A DNA stretch of 64,000 nucleotides from Candidatus Latescibacterota bacterium (GTDB taxonomy: Bacteria; Latescibacterota; UBA2968; UBA8231). Below the pieces are notes generated by a model. The model did no database searches, was not told the DNA's origin, and saw nothing but the letters and a program-made list of their open reading frames with translations. Made by a program: the position numbers and the translations under genes. Below are positions 1 to 8,897 of this stretch, one piece after another; position 1 is the first letter of the stretch, and the number at the start of each line of letters is the position of its first letter. The stretch covers positions 1,049 through 65,048 of the forward strand of contig JACPJE010000068.1 in the NCBI GenBank assembly GCA_016187725.1, read 5' to 3'.

Positions 1-11
1 CGGATGGGCTG

Positions 12-1052
12 ATGGACAACCGGGTGGAAGCGCTGCTGGAGGACCGGCAGGGGCGGCTGTGGGTCGGCACCGAGGGCGGGTTGAGCTGCCGCGCGGGCGA
101 AGGCTTTGTCGCCGGTGCGGGCGCAGACGGGCCGATGGCCACTGGGGTGCATTCCCTGCTGGAGGATCGCCAGGGGCGGCTGTGGGTCGGCACCTCCGAG
201 GGAGTGTGTTGGTGGGACGGGAAAGGGTTCACCGCCCTGACTGCGGCGGAGGGTCTGGCCAGGGGGCAGGTGCTCTCCATGCTGGAGGACCGGGAGGGGC
301 ACCTGTGGTTCGCGACCTACGGGGGCGGGGTGAACCGGTACGAGGGCTCGCGCTTCGTCACCTTCACCGGGGCCGTGGCCCGCAAGCTAGGCAAGGTGGA
401 GCTGGCCGAAGGGGGCACCCTGTTCCTCGACGAGATCGGGGATCTGTCCCTCGAAGCGCAGGCCAAGCTTTTGCAGTTGCTAGAGGAGAAAACCTACACC
501 CGGGTGGGGGGGACCCAGACCCGGTCAGTGGATGCGCGGGTGATCGCGGCGACCAACCGGGATCTGTGGGGCATGGTGCCGGCCGGCACCTTCCGGCCGG
601 ACCTCTACTTCCGGCTGCACGAGTTCCAGGTGGAGTTGCCGCCCCTGCGGCAGCGGCGGGAGGATATCGCCGAACTGGCCACCTACTTTGCCGCGCGCAT
701 GGCGGCCCACCTGGACAAGAAGATCGAGCGCTTTGCCCCAGAGACTCTGGACCTACTCCAGGCCTATGGCTGGCCGGGCAATGTGCGCGAACTGGAGCAT
801 GCAGTGCAGCGAGCCGTGGTGGTATGCCCGGGTGAGGTGATCCGCCGCGAAGACCTGGCTCTGGGGACGACTGGGCAGTCCTCGACAGAGGAAATCCTGC
901 CGCTGGAGGAGGTCGAGCGGCGCCATATCCAGGAGGTGCTGGAGAAGACCGGGTGGGTGATCAAAGGGCCCAAAGGCGCGGCGGCCCTGCTGGGTGTACC
1001 GGCCTCCACCCTGCGGGACCACATGGAGAAACTGGGTATAGCCCGGCGCTAG
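12..1052 (+). pseudogene. Propeller-repeat protein fused to a truncated sigma54 activator (C-terminal half of AAA+ domain + HTH); 5' end probably outside the window
   Basis: Three 'LLEDRQGRLWVGT'-type Reg_prop repeats run directly into 'FTGAVARKLGKVELAEGGTLFLDEIGDL...ATNRDL...YGWPGNVRELEH' and a C-terminal HTH. Walker A and the ESELFG part of the AAA+ domain are absent. Confidence 0.7.
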
Positions 1053-1068
1053 CGCTGTCCTCGCGTCC

Positions 1069-1170
1069 GGGACGGCGAGCCGTCCCTGGGGGATTTTTCC
1101 TGATAATCCTTTTGAGAACACAGGGATAATCGTTGATCCAACCAGGAGCAGGGACGGTATACCGTCCCTG
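1069..1170. promoter_or_regulatory. Two palindromic candidate enhancer (UAS) sites GGGACGG-N4-CCGTCCC
   Basis: Copies at 1069-1086 (spacer CGAG) and 1151-1168 (spacer TATA), about 100-200 bp upstream of a sigma54 motif. Confidence 0.55.
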
Positions 1171-1267
1171 GAGGGATGGAGGTTGAGCACCCCGTTCTGA
1201 ACTGAAGATCTCATAACCCTGCCATAAACAGCCACCTGAGACGAAATAACTCAGGTGGCTGTCGCTT

Positions 1268-1282
1268 TGGTACGGAGCTTGC
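1268..1282 (+). promoter_or_regulatory. sigma54 -24/-12 promoter
   Basis: TGGTACG-GAGC-TTGC with consensus spacing, upstream of the ORF at 1316. Confidence 0.65.
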
Positions 1283-1315
1283 GATGGATTGTTCCATCGG
1301 GGAGGGTGAGCAACT

Positions 1316-1606
1316 ATGCTGCGGATCACCCTGGTGTCGTCTGGCCCAGCAGAAGTGGTGTTGAAGGTCGAGGGAGCTATCGCCGGTCAGGAGGTGGCCC
1401 TGCTGGAACAGGAGGGGCGGCCCTGGCTCGGGCAGACCAGCCTCAGGCTGGACCTGGACGGGGTGCAATTCATCGACGAGGAGGGGCTCGAGCTGCTGGA
1501 GCGCTGGCACCACCAAGGCGCGCTGCTGCGCGGAGGATCGCTCTTCGTGAAGACCTTGTTGCAGCGCCGGGGGTTGGTCCGAGAGCCGGGCCTATTCCCC
1601 AACTAG
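1316..1606 (+). CDS. STAS-like small protein
   Basis: 'VLKVEGAIAG...LRLDLDGVQFIDEEGLELL' fits the STAS pattern; GGAGGG RBS. Confidence 0.7.
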   Translation: MLRITLVSSGPAEVVLKVEGAIAGQEVALLEQEGRPWLGQTSLRLDLDGVQFIDEEGLELLERWHHQGALLRGGSLFVKTLLQRRGLVREPGLFPN

Positions 1607-1643
1607 TCTGTCCACCGTGGACAGTTTACAGGAGGAGACGAGC

Positions 1644-2387
1644 ATGAAGAGCTTGAAGTTGGCAGTGCTGGCAGCCTGTGGGGTTTTGCTGGCCGTGGGC
1701 AGCGCCCGCGCCGCGGACTGGGAGTTGTGGCCGGACAAGACCCAGATGCCCCCGGGTGAACTCCTGGAGGGGCTGCCCATCACCCCAACGGGTGAGAACT
1801 TAGCCACCATCTGGATCGATCTCGGTGACCAAACCCTGGAGAAGGACGGGGTGAAGTACAAAGCCCTCCAGATGTTCAGGGACCAGAAGTTCACGGCCAC
1901 GGTGCCCGTCGGCAGATACCTCATTGGCTTGTTGGGTAATGCCCTTCCTGCCGGTACCGTCGATCTGATGGCCATGACCGCCGCCATGAACCTGGTTTCG
2001 GTGGAGGTCGACGGCACCGCCATCCCCATTGACTCCTCGTACCTCCTGTTCGTCAAGGACCTGGTTGCTCCGGGCCACGATGTCGGGCTATACAATGTTT
2101 TCCCGCGCTTCACCAAGCCGGGCATCCACACCTACGTGGAGAGGTTCAAGCTGGTAGACCCGTTTTTCTGGGTGGAGCCTTATGCACAGGAAGCCGCCTG
2201 CGGCACGGACTGCGGGTATATCCAGGACCCGTGGCCCGCGTTCGAAGGCCATTACGTATGGGTCCCAGAGCAGGTGGGTGATCCGGTCGATGGCTTCATC
2301 GTCTACGAGTACACCCTGACCGTGGTCGAGGAGCCAACCGCAGTCGCGCCCTCTACCTGGGGCCAGGTCAAGGATGCGCAAAAATAA
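1644..2387 (+). CDS. Secreted hypothetical protein with C-terminal TWGQVK tail
   Basis: GGAGGAG RBS, signal peptide ending ARA-A, C-terminus PTAVAPSTWGQVKDAQK. Confidence 0.75.
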   Translation: MKSLKLAVLAACGVLLAVGSARAADWELWPDKTQMPPGELLEGLPITPTGENLATIWIDLGDQTLEKDGVKYKALQMFRDQKFTATVPVGRYLIGLLGNALPAGTVDLMAMTAAMNLVSVEVDGTAIPIDSSYLLFVKDLVAPGHDVGLYNVFPRFTKPGIHTYVERFKLVDPFFWVEPYAQEAACGTDCGYIQDPWPAFEGHYVWVPEQVGDPVDGFIVYEYTLTVVEEPTAVAPSTWGQVKDAQK

Positions 2388-2420
2388 CGGGGTGGTATGG
2401 GGCGGTCCCTCCTAGGGGGT

Positions 2421-2448
2421 GGTGCAGGTGTAGACCCGCACCTGCACC
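2421..2448. terminator. Inverted repeat after the secreted-protein gene (terminator or stabilising hairpin)
   Basis: GGTGCAGGTG-N8-CACCTGCACC; no clear U-tract. Confidence 0.35.
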
Positions 2449-2652
2449 CATTTACTCACCGATCCCTGTCCCCCCGCGCCGGCATCCTGGCCGGCGGAGC
2501 AGTTGGAGTTGCGGGGCGGGTCAATCTATCTGCAGATGCTGTTGGAGAGGCGCGGGCTGGCCACCTAATTCCGCATGGAGGGGATCTGGGGGCGGGCCCA
2601 GGTCCCCTATTCTTCACCGACGTTTTCACATCTCACCCCAGGAGGGAGAGCC

Positions 2653-3706
2653 ATGATCCAGAAGATACTGCTGTGCGCCGCCTTTGCAGTTGCCGTCCTG
2701 ACCAGTCCGAGCCAGGCCCAGTTGCCAGGGGGCAGGATCGCGTACGTGTCACTCGTGGCGAACCCCAATTCTGGCATGCAGTTTGGCAGCATCTGTGTCA
2801 TGGACCTGGACGGGGAGAACAAGGTCGCGTTGGCTCAAGCCAAATTCGATCTGGGTGGCGGTGATGGTGTTTGGCCCCTGTTTCCTATCGCCTGGTCGCC
2901 GGATGGCACCCGACTGGCGTACCAGTCAGGGAATAATATCTACGCCGTCGGTGTGGCGGGTGGGGTGCCGGTGAACCTGACCAATATCGGTCCGAAGGAA
3001 GCCGCCGAGGTCAGACACCCGGCCTGGTCACCAGATGGCACTCATATCGCTTTTACCTCCATAAAGCTCACAGCTATGGGCAAGCTCCTCACCGATATCT
3101 ATGTCATGAATGCGGACGGGAGCAATCCGGTCGACCTGATGGAGCAGCAACCCGAGGCGGCCAACAGCATTGACCAGTTCCCAGCCTGGTCGCCCGATGG
3201 CCACCAGATCGCCTTCAGGTCTAATCGGGCCGGGGGCAAGATCTTCAATATCTTTGCCATGAACGCGGATGGGACCGACCCGGTGCAGTTGACCCACGAG
3301 ACCACCAATGACTGCGGCTCGGTTGCGTGGTCCCCCGACGGACGCAGAATCGCCTTCGACGTGGCCCTCAAAGGAGACAAACCCCGCCTGGCATGTCGTG
3401 GTCGATGTCATGGACCTCGACGGCGGGAACCGGGTGCGGGTGAGCGAGAAGGTTGATTTGGGGGCTCTCGACAACGAAGGCCCCTCCTGGTCGCCGGATG
3501 GGAGCAAGATCGTCTTCATGTCGAACAGAGGCGGGAGCAACGTCGCCTACCAAATCTGGATGGTGAACGCGGATGGGAGTGATCCGGTCAAGGTGGGTCA
3601 ATCCGATCAGTGGTTCCCAGCGTGGTCTCCCCTGCCGAGGGCGGTGGTAGCGCCCTCAGCGGTCAGGGCCCTGTCGTGGGGGCAGGTAAAGGCGGGGGGT
3701 TGGTGA
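2653..3706 (+). pseudogene. TolB-like PD40-repeat secreted protein, frameshifted near 3380
   Basis: Signal peptide and repeated 'PAWSPDG..IAF' motifs that continue in a second frame (3308..3706), ending PSAVRALSWGQVK. Confidence 0.75.
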
Positions 3707-3750
3707 TCGGCTCACATGTTGGGTGGTGCAGGGGTTGTGAGAACACCCCC

Positions 3751-4554
3751 CTACCGGAACCCCAGCTCTTTGAGCGGGCGCAGCATCGACTGGCGGCGCG
3801 GGCCACCGCCGGCCAGGAAGGCCGGATCGTAGACCCTGTCGGCGGGGCCGAAAGGGTTTTTGGTCCGCATCCATTCGAGCACGGACTCGTGGTTGCGCCT
3901 GAGTTCGTCGAAGTGCACTTCCTCGGTGGGCCGGGTGGAGAAGTTGAGGGTGCACATCCGCCGGTGGCGGCTGCCGCCGTAGGAGGCGTGCCAGAGACGC
4001 TGGTTGAAGACGACCATGTCGCCAGGCTCTGATACCAACGGGTAGGAGGGCATCTGGTCGCCCGCCAGGCCAAAGGGATAGACCGGCGGCCTTTGGACGC
4101 GGTGGAAGAGTTCAAAAACGGAGGTCCACAAGGGCTCGCGGTGGGAGCCGGGGATCACGCGCAAACAGCCGGAATCCTCCCGGACCGGATCGAGGTAGAA
4201 GGCGACCTTGACCAGTTGGTGGCCGGGCAGGACGACGTGGCGGTCGGGGTGCCACTCGGTGTTGCCGACGTAGTAGTTGGCATCGGAGGGCCAGTACACG
4301 AAACCCGGCCCCAGCAGCTCTTCGAGCACCCCGTAGACCCGGTCGTCCTCCAGCAGGGCCAGCAGCGCCGGCCGCCGCTCGACATACTGGAGCACCATCT
4401 GGCGCTCGACGCCCTCGTGCGGTGCGCCGTGGCGGGCCTCGCGCATCAGCTCGTCGAACTGGCGGCTGATCTGGGCCATCTCGGCGGGGGTGAAGTGCTG
4501 GCGAAAAACCAGAAATCCGAAGGTGTCGAAGAAGTTGTGATGGTCGGGAGACAT
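3751..4554 (-). CDS. Phytanoyl-CoA dioxygenase (PhyH) family Fe(II)/2OG oxygenase
   Basis: 'FFDTFGFLV', WHPD (HxD), 'GCLRVIPGSH', 'PGDMVVF...LWHAS'. Confidence 0.85.
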   Translation of the reverse strand: MSPDHHNFFDTFGFLVFRQHFTPAEMAQISRQFDELMREARHGAPHEGVERQMVLQYVERRPALLALLEDDRVYGVLEELLGPGFVYWPSDANYYVGNTEWHPDRHVVLPGHQLVKVAFYLDPVREDSGCLRVIPGSHREPLWTSVFELFHRVQRPPVYPFGLAGDQMPSYPLVSEPGDMVVFNQRLWHASYGGSRHRRMCTLNFSTRPTEEVHFDELRRNHESVLEWMRTKNPFGPADRVYDPAFLAGGGPRRQSMLRPLKELGFR

Positions 4555-4558
4555 AGGC

Positions 4559-5191
4559 TCACTTTCCTCGCCGCTGGCGAAGGTACCCCACCACCATCGG
4601 CAGCAGCGAGATGCCGATGATGGCGAAGATCACCAGGCTGAAGTTTTTCTTGACCACGGGCAGGTTGCCGAAGAAGAAGCCGGCGTACACCAGGCCCGGC
4701 ACCCATAACAGCGCGCCGACCACGTTGAAGGAGAAGAAGCGGCGGTAACCCATGTCGCCGATGCCGGCCACAAAGGGGGCGAAGGTGCGGATGATGGGCA
4801 CAAAGCGGGCGATGATGATCGTCTTGCCGCCGTGTTTCTCGTAGAAGGCGTGGGTGCGGTGCAGGTGCTCGGGGTTGAAGAACCAGGACTTCTGCCTGGT
4901 GAAGACCTTGGGGCCCACGTAGTGGCCTATCCAGTAATTGGCCGCGTCCCCCAGCACCGCGGCCAGCACCAGCAGGCCAATGATCCACTGGGGGTTGAGC
5001 GCCCCGGTGGAGGCGATGGCCCCGGTGGCGAAGAGCAGCGAGTCGCCGGGCAGGAAAGGCGTCACCACCAGCCCGGTCTCGGCAAAGACCACCAGAAAGA
5101 GGATGAGATAGACCCAGGGACCATAGGCGCTGACCAACTCGTACAGGTGGACGTCGAGGTGCAGGAACAAATCGATCAGTTGCGCGATCAC
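4559..5191 (-). CDS. dedA: DedA family membrane protein
   Basis: '[22 protein letters not shown]', '[16 protein letters not shown]'. Confidence 0.92.
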   Translation of the reverse strand: MIAQLIDLFLHLDVHLYELVSAYGPWVYLILFLVVFAETGLVVTPFLPGDSLLFATGAIASTGALNPQWIIGLLVLAAVLGDAANYWIGHYVGPKVFTRQKSWFFNPEHLHRTHAFYEKHGGKTIIIARFVPIIRTFAPFVAGIGDMGYRRFFSFNVVGALLWVPGLVYAGFFFGNLPVVKKNFSLVIFAIIGISLLPMVVGYLRQRRGK

Positions 5192-5228
5192 ATGTCATCT
5201 CCTGTCGAAAAAGACCAGCGGTTCGATA

Positions 5229-5467
5229 GTGCGGCGGGGAGATGACCCTGGAGGCCTTTCCCGGGGAGTGGCCGGGGTGGGAAGTCCGCGTGGCAGGGCG
5301 GCGGGGTAGCGGAGCCAGAGCGAGCGAGGGGACGCAACACCATATAAATGGTGTTGCGGGGGCCGGGCCGTAGGGACGTCCCGTTCGGGCGACGCCACAC
5401 CCCATACGTTGGGGTGCAGCGGGACGCGCCTTGGGAAAAGTCGAAGTGGGTCGCTCCCCGACGACAC
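5229..5467 (+). repeat. Structured intergenic repeat, copy 1 (carries an internal ~90 bp hairpin-rich insert)
   Basis: Homologous to 15908-16054; terminal segments are complementary to each other. Confidence 0.8.
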
Positions 5468-5468
5468 T

Positions 5469-6551
5469 TCACCTTTCTGGGGCGAAGCGCTGCAGATCGA
5501 AGGGGGGCCGGCCCGTCGCTATCCAGTCGGCCAGCAGCTGGCCGGTGAGGGGTCCCAGCAGGACGCCGTTCTTGTAGTGGCCGGCAGCGACAAAAACCCT
5601 GGGCTGGGCCTGGAGAGGCCCCAGGTGGGGCCGGCCGCCCTTGGGCTTGGGCCGCAGCCCGGCGCGCTGCCCCAAAAGGCGGGCCGGCAGGTCCAGCACC
5701 TGGCTGAACAGGTGGATAAAATGCTCGGCGGCCTGGGGGGTGGTCTGGGTATCGAAGCCGGTCTCCTCCACTGTGGCCCCGGCGAGGATCTCCTCCCCGG
5801 CAGGCACCAGGTGGATGCCCTGGTGGCGCAGCACATGGCGCAGCTCGGTTCCCCCGGTGAAGCGGCAGTGCTGGCCGCGCACCGGCCGCACCGGCAGGCT
5901 CAGGCCCTGGTGCTGGGCCAGTTCGCCGGTCCAGGCGCCAATGGCCAGCACCAGGAAATCGGCGCGGTGCTCGCCGGCGCGGGTGCGCACCCGGACACCC
6001 TGGCCTTGCTGGGCGAATTCCTCGACCCCTTCGCCCAGGCTGAGGCGGGCCCCCTGCTCTTGGGCCGCCTGCAAAAGGGCACGGGAAAGGAGTTCGGGAT
6101 CCACGCGCTGGTCGGTGGGAAAGTAGACCCCGGCCAGGACCCGGGCGGAGAGGCTGCGCTCCAATTGGCGCAGGTCTTCCCCTTCCACCCACTCGGCCGG
6201 ACAACCGCGCTCCAGGTTGAAGGCCAAAAGCTGGCGGGCCTCGGCGATTTCGGTCTCGCTACAGGCCAGGTCCACCCCTCCCAAGGGACGCCAGCCCACG
6301 TCGATGCCGGTCTGGTCGCGCAGGCGGGCGGCTAGTTCGGCGTGCAGGGCGTGGCCCTGGCGGTAGAGTTGGGAATAGGGATCGTCCCCCCCGTTGAAAT
6401 GGGTGAGCACCCCCAGGGAGGCACAGGTGGTGGGAGAGGGAAAGGGGCCGGGGTCGAGGATTTGGACACTGAAGCCGCGCCCGCTCAGGTAGTAGGCCGT
6501 TGACAGGCCGACCACCCCGGCGCCGGCGACCAGCACCTGCGGGGCGGCCAT
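5469..6551 (-). CDS. FAD-dependent oxidoreductase, glycine oxidase/D-amino-acid oxidase family
   Basis: GAGVVG Rossmann motif, 'PVRPVRGQ', 'AGLRP', 'AGHYKNGVLLGP'. Confidence 0.85.
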   Translation of the reverse strand: MAAPQVLVAGAGVVGLSTAYYLSGRGFSVQILDPGPFPSPTTCASLGVLTHFNGGDDPYSQLYRQGHALHAELAARLRDQTGIDVGWRPLGGVDLACSETEIAEARQLLAFNLERGCPAEWVEGEDLRQLERSLSARVLAGVYFPTDQRVDPELLSRALLQAAQEQGARLSLGEGVEEFAQQGQGVRVRTRAGEHRADFLVLAIGAWTGELAQHQGLSLPVRPVRGQHCRFTGGTELRHVLRHQGIHLVPAGEEILAGATVEETGFDTQTTPQAAEHFIHLFSQVLDLPARLLGQRAGLRPKPKGGRPHLGPLQAQPRVFVAAGHYKNGVLLGPLTGQLLADWIATGRPPFDLQRFAPER

Positions 6552-6555
6552 GGCC

Positions 6556-7734
6556 TCAGCGGCCCACGATGGGCGGCAGGTGGGTCACCGGACAGGCGCG
6601 GGGGGCCTTGACCGAATAGCCCATGTCGCCCAGCACGCAGCTGATCTGGGCTTCGAGTTTGAGCAGGTACTGCTGCTCCTCGGCGCTCATCAACTGGCGG
6701 GGCGGGCCCACCTCGAAGCCGCGCACCGCCACCCCGGTCTTGAACCCTTCCGGGAAGTTGACGCCCAGAAGCATGAGGTTGATCAGGTCGAGGATGCGGT
6801 ATTGCAGGATGCGGGCCTGTTCCACCTGGCCGGCCAGGGCCTTGTTGTAGATCTCCACGATCACCTCGGGGATGATCCCGGAGGTGGCGATGGTGCCGCC
6901 GCTGGCCCCCATCATCACCGAGGGAAAGAGGATCTCCTCGCAACCCACCAGCACCACGTAATCGGGCCGCTGCGCCCGCAGCCGGTGCATGGTGTTGATC
7001 AGCCGGGGCAGGTCGCGGCTGGAGTCCTTGGTGCCCATGATGTGCTCGTAAGGCAATAACCTTTCCATCAGGTCCAGGGGCAATTCCTGGGTGAACTGGG
7101 GGATATTGTAGAGCAGGATGTCCAGGGGCGACTGGCGGGCGATCTCGGCGAAGTACTCGAAGAGGCTGGTGTTCGACATCTTGTAGTAATAGGGCGGCAC
7201 CAGGGAGATGGCGTCCACCCCGATGGAGGCGTAGAACTCGGCCATCTGCAGCACGTCGCGCAGGTTGGCCTCGCTGGCCCCGGCCAGGATGGGCACCCGG
7301 CCTTTGTTCACCTGGCAGATGAGCTTGACCACGTCCTGGCGCTCCTGCCAGGAGAGGCGCACGAACTCCCCGGTGCTGCCGTTGGGATAGAGCCCGTGGA
7401 TGCCGGCCTGGATCAGCCATTCGATGTAGCGCTCCATCTCCGGGTAGTTGATCTGGTCCTTTTCGTTGAGGATGACGATGTTGGGGCAGAGGATGCCCTT
7501 GAATTCCCGCTTGCCCGAGGTGGACGCCTTCCGGGGTGGCAGCACGGATGCCGGGGCCGGGGCGATGGCCGTCTCGGAGGCGGCGCGGCGCTGCACCTCT
7601 ACCCCGTGGGCGCGCAGGTAGTCGAGGGCCGAGGGGGTGAGTTTGGAGTGGGGGCAGAGTTCGAGGGCCTTGTCGTTGCCCAGCCGGGCTTCCAGCACCT
7701 GGGCGGTGATCACGGGATCGTCTAGGCGGACCAT
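6556..7734 (-). CDS. DHDPS/NAL-family class I aldolase with ~70 aa N-terminal extension
   Basis: GSTGEF, 'VPPYY', 'LLYNIPQFT', Schiff-base Lys in 'GTKDSS'; N-terminal module plus Pro/Ala linker. Confidence 0.85.
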   Translation of the reverse strand: MVRLDDPVITAQVLEARLGNDKALELCPHSKLTPSALDYLRAHGVEVQRRAASETAIAPAPASVLPPRKASTSGKREFKGILCPNIVILNEKDQINYPEMERYIEWLIQAGIHGLYPNGSTGEFVRLSWQERQDVVKLICQVNKGRVPILAGASEANLRDVLQMAEFYASIGVDAISLVPPYYYKMSNTSLFEYFAEIARQSPLDILLYNIPQFTQELPLDLMERLLPYEHIMGTKDSSRDLPRLINTMHRLRAQRPDYVVLVGCEEILFPSVMMGASGGTIATSGIIPEVIVEIYNKALAGQVEQARILQYRILDLINLMLLGVNFPEGFKTGVAVRGFEVGPPRQLMSAEEQQYLLKLEAQISCVLGDMGYSVKAPRACPVTHLPPIVGR

Positions 7735-7746
7735 CTGCTATCCTCT

Positions 7747-8889
7747 TCAGTGAACCAGGCGTTCCGTCAGTTGGGTGTAGGGATGGGGAATCAGGTGGAT
7801 GGCCACCAGCTCGCCGTATTTGGCCGCTTCCACGGCCCCGGCATCGAGGGCGGCCTGTACCGCGGCCACGTCCCCGCGGATGGCGCTGGCGGTCAGAAAG
7901 TAGCCCACCTTGTAGCTGCCTTCGTATTCGACATTGGCGGCCTTGAGCATCAGGTCCATGGCCTTGGCCAGGGCGATGCTGCTGCGGGTCTCGATCAGGC
8001 CCAGGGCCCGGCCAGCGCTGGGGCGTTCCACGCTTGGGCCAGGGGCGGCGAAGCAGGCCATCACTTCGGGGGCGGGGCGCGAGACCAGCCGGGCGGCATT
8101 GAGTTCGCCCACCTGGCGGGCGGCGGCAGTGCCGGCGTCCACCGCGGCCTGCACGTCGTCGATATTGCCTTTGAAGAGCAGGGCCACCCGGCCACCGGTG
8201 CCGATATTGATGCGGCTGATCTCCACCTCGCCGGATTTGACCGCGGCGTCGCCGGCCCCCACCATGGCCACGTACCCGGTGGTCTCTATCACGCCCAGGG
8301 CCCCGCTGGACCGGGCCTCGCCCGCCGGGGGCGGGGGCAACATCCGGCCCAGGCCAGATGCCGGCTGGGGGATGAGCAGGGTGGCGATGACGTCTCCGCA
8401 CTGGGCAGCGGCCAGGCGGCCCGCCTCCAGAGCGGTCTGCACCGCGGCCACGTCGCCGCGCGCGATCACGTGCACCAGGGCCCCGCCGATGGCGGCCCAG
8501 CCCTCGATGCTGACGGCCGCGGCCTTGGCCATGGCGTCGGCCCCCCCGATCAGCGGGGTCAGGCCCCGGGTCTCCAACAGCCCCAGGGCCTGGTTTCCCA
8601 CCGGGCGGTCCTGGGAGCCAGTGCGGTGGGGCATGCCCTCCAGGCCCTCGGGCCGGGCGATCACCTCGGCGCTGATCAATTCCCCGTACTTGGCGGCTTC
8701 TTCCTGGCCGGCGCGCAGGGCGGCCTCCACGGCCGCCACCTCCCCTTCGACCAGGACCGTGACCCAGGCCGAGCCCACCCCGTGCCGGCCGCAGATCTCG
8801 ACCTGGGCGGCCTTGACCATCACGTCGGCGGCCCCCACCAGGGCGGCCATGCCGCGCGTTTCGAGAATGCCGAGGGCTGGGGAACTCAT
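7747..8889 (-). CDS. BMC shell protein with four tandem BMC domains (380 aa)
   Basis: ALG(I/L/V)(L/I)ET repeats at aa 5, 101, 197 and 295, each with a DxxxK edge motif and a G(D/E/N)(V/I)xxV motif; AGGA RBS before the ATG at 8889. Confidence 0.9.
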   Translation of the reverse strand: MSSPALGILETRGMAALVGAADVMVKAAQVEICGRHGVGSAWVTVLVEGEVAAVEAALRAGQEEAAKYGELISAEVIARPEGLEGMPHRTGSQDRPVGNQALGLLETRGLTPLIGGADAMAKAAAVSIEGWAAIGGALVHVIARGDVAAVQTALEAGRLAAAQCGDVIATLLIPQPASGLGRMLPPPPAGEARSSGALGVIETTGYVAMVGAGDAAVKSGEVEISRINIGTGGRVALLFKGNIDDVQAAVDAGTAAARQVGELNAARLVSRPAPEVMACFAAPGPSVERPSAGRALGLIETRSSIALAKAMDLMLKAANVEYEGSYKVGYFLTASAIRGDVAAVQAALDAGAVEAAKYGELVAIHLIPHPYTQLTERLVH

Positions 8890-8897
8890 CTGGGGTC

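Noticed and set aside
5229-5467. Repeat interpreted as CRISPR, attC site, tRNA or group II intron end
   Set aside because: No repeat-spacer periodicity, no RYYYAAC/GTTRRRY ends, no cloverleaf and no domain V consensus.
5469-6551. Calling the FAD oxidase thiO
   Set aside because: No thiS, thiG or thiE neighbours, so the substrate cannot be assigned.
6556-7734. Calling the aldolase dapA
   Set aside because: There is no lysine-pathway context, and it has an extra N-terminal module and a BMC neighbourhood. Only the family is supported.
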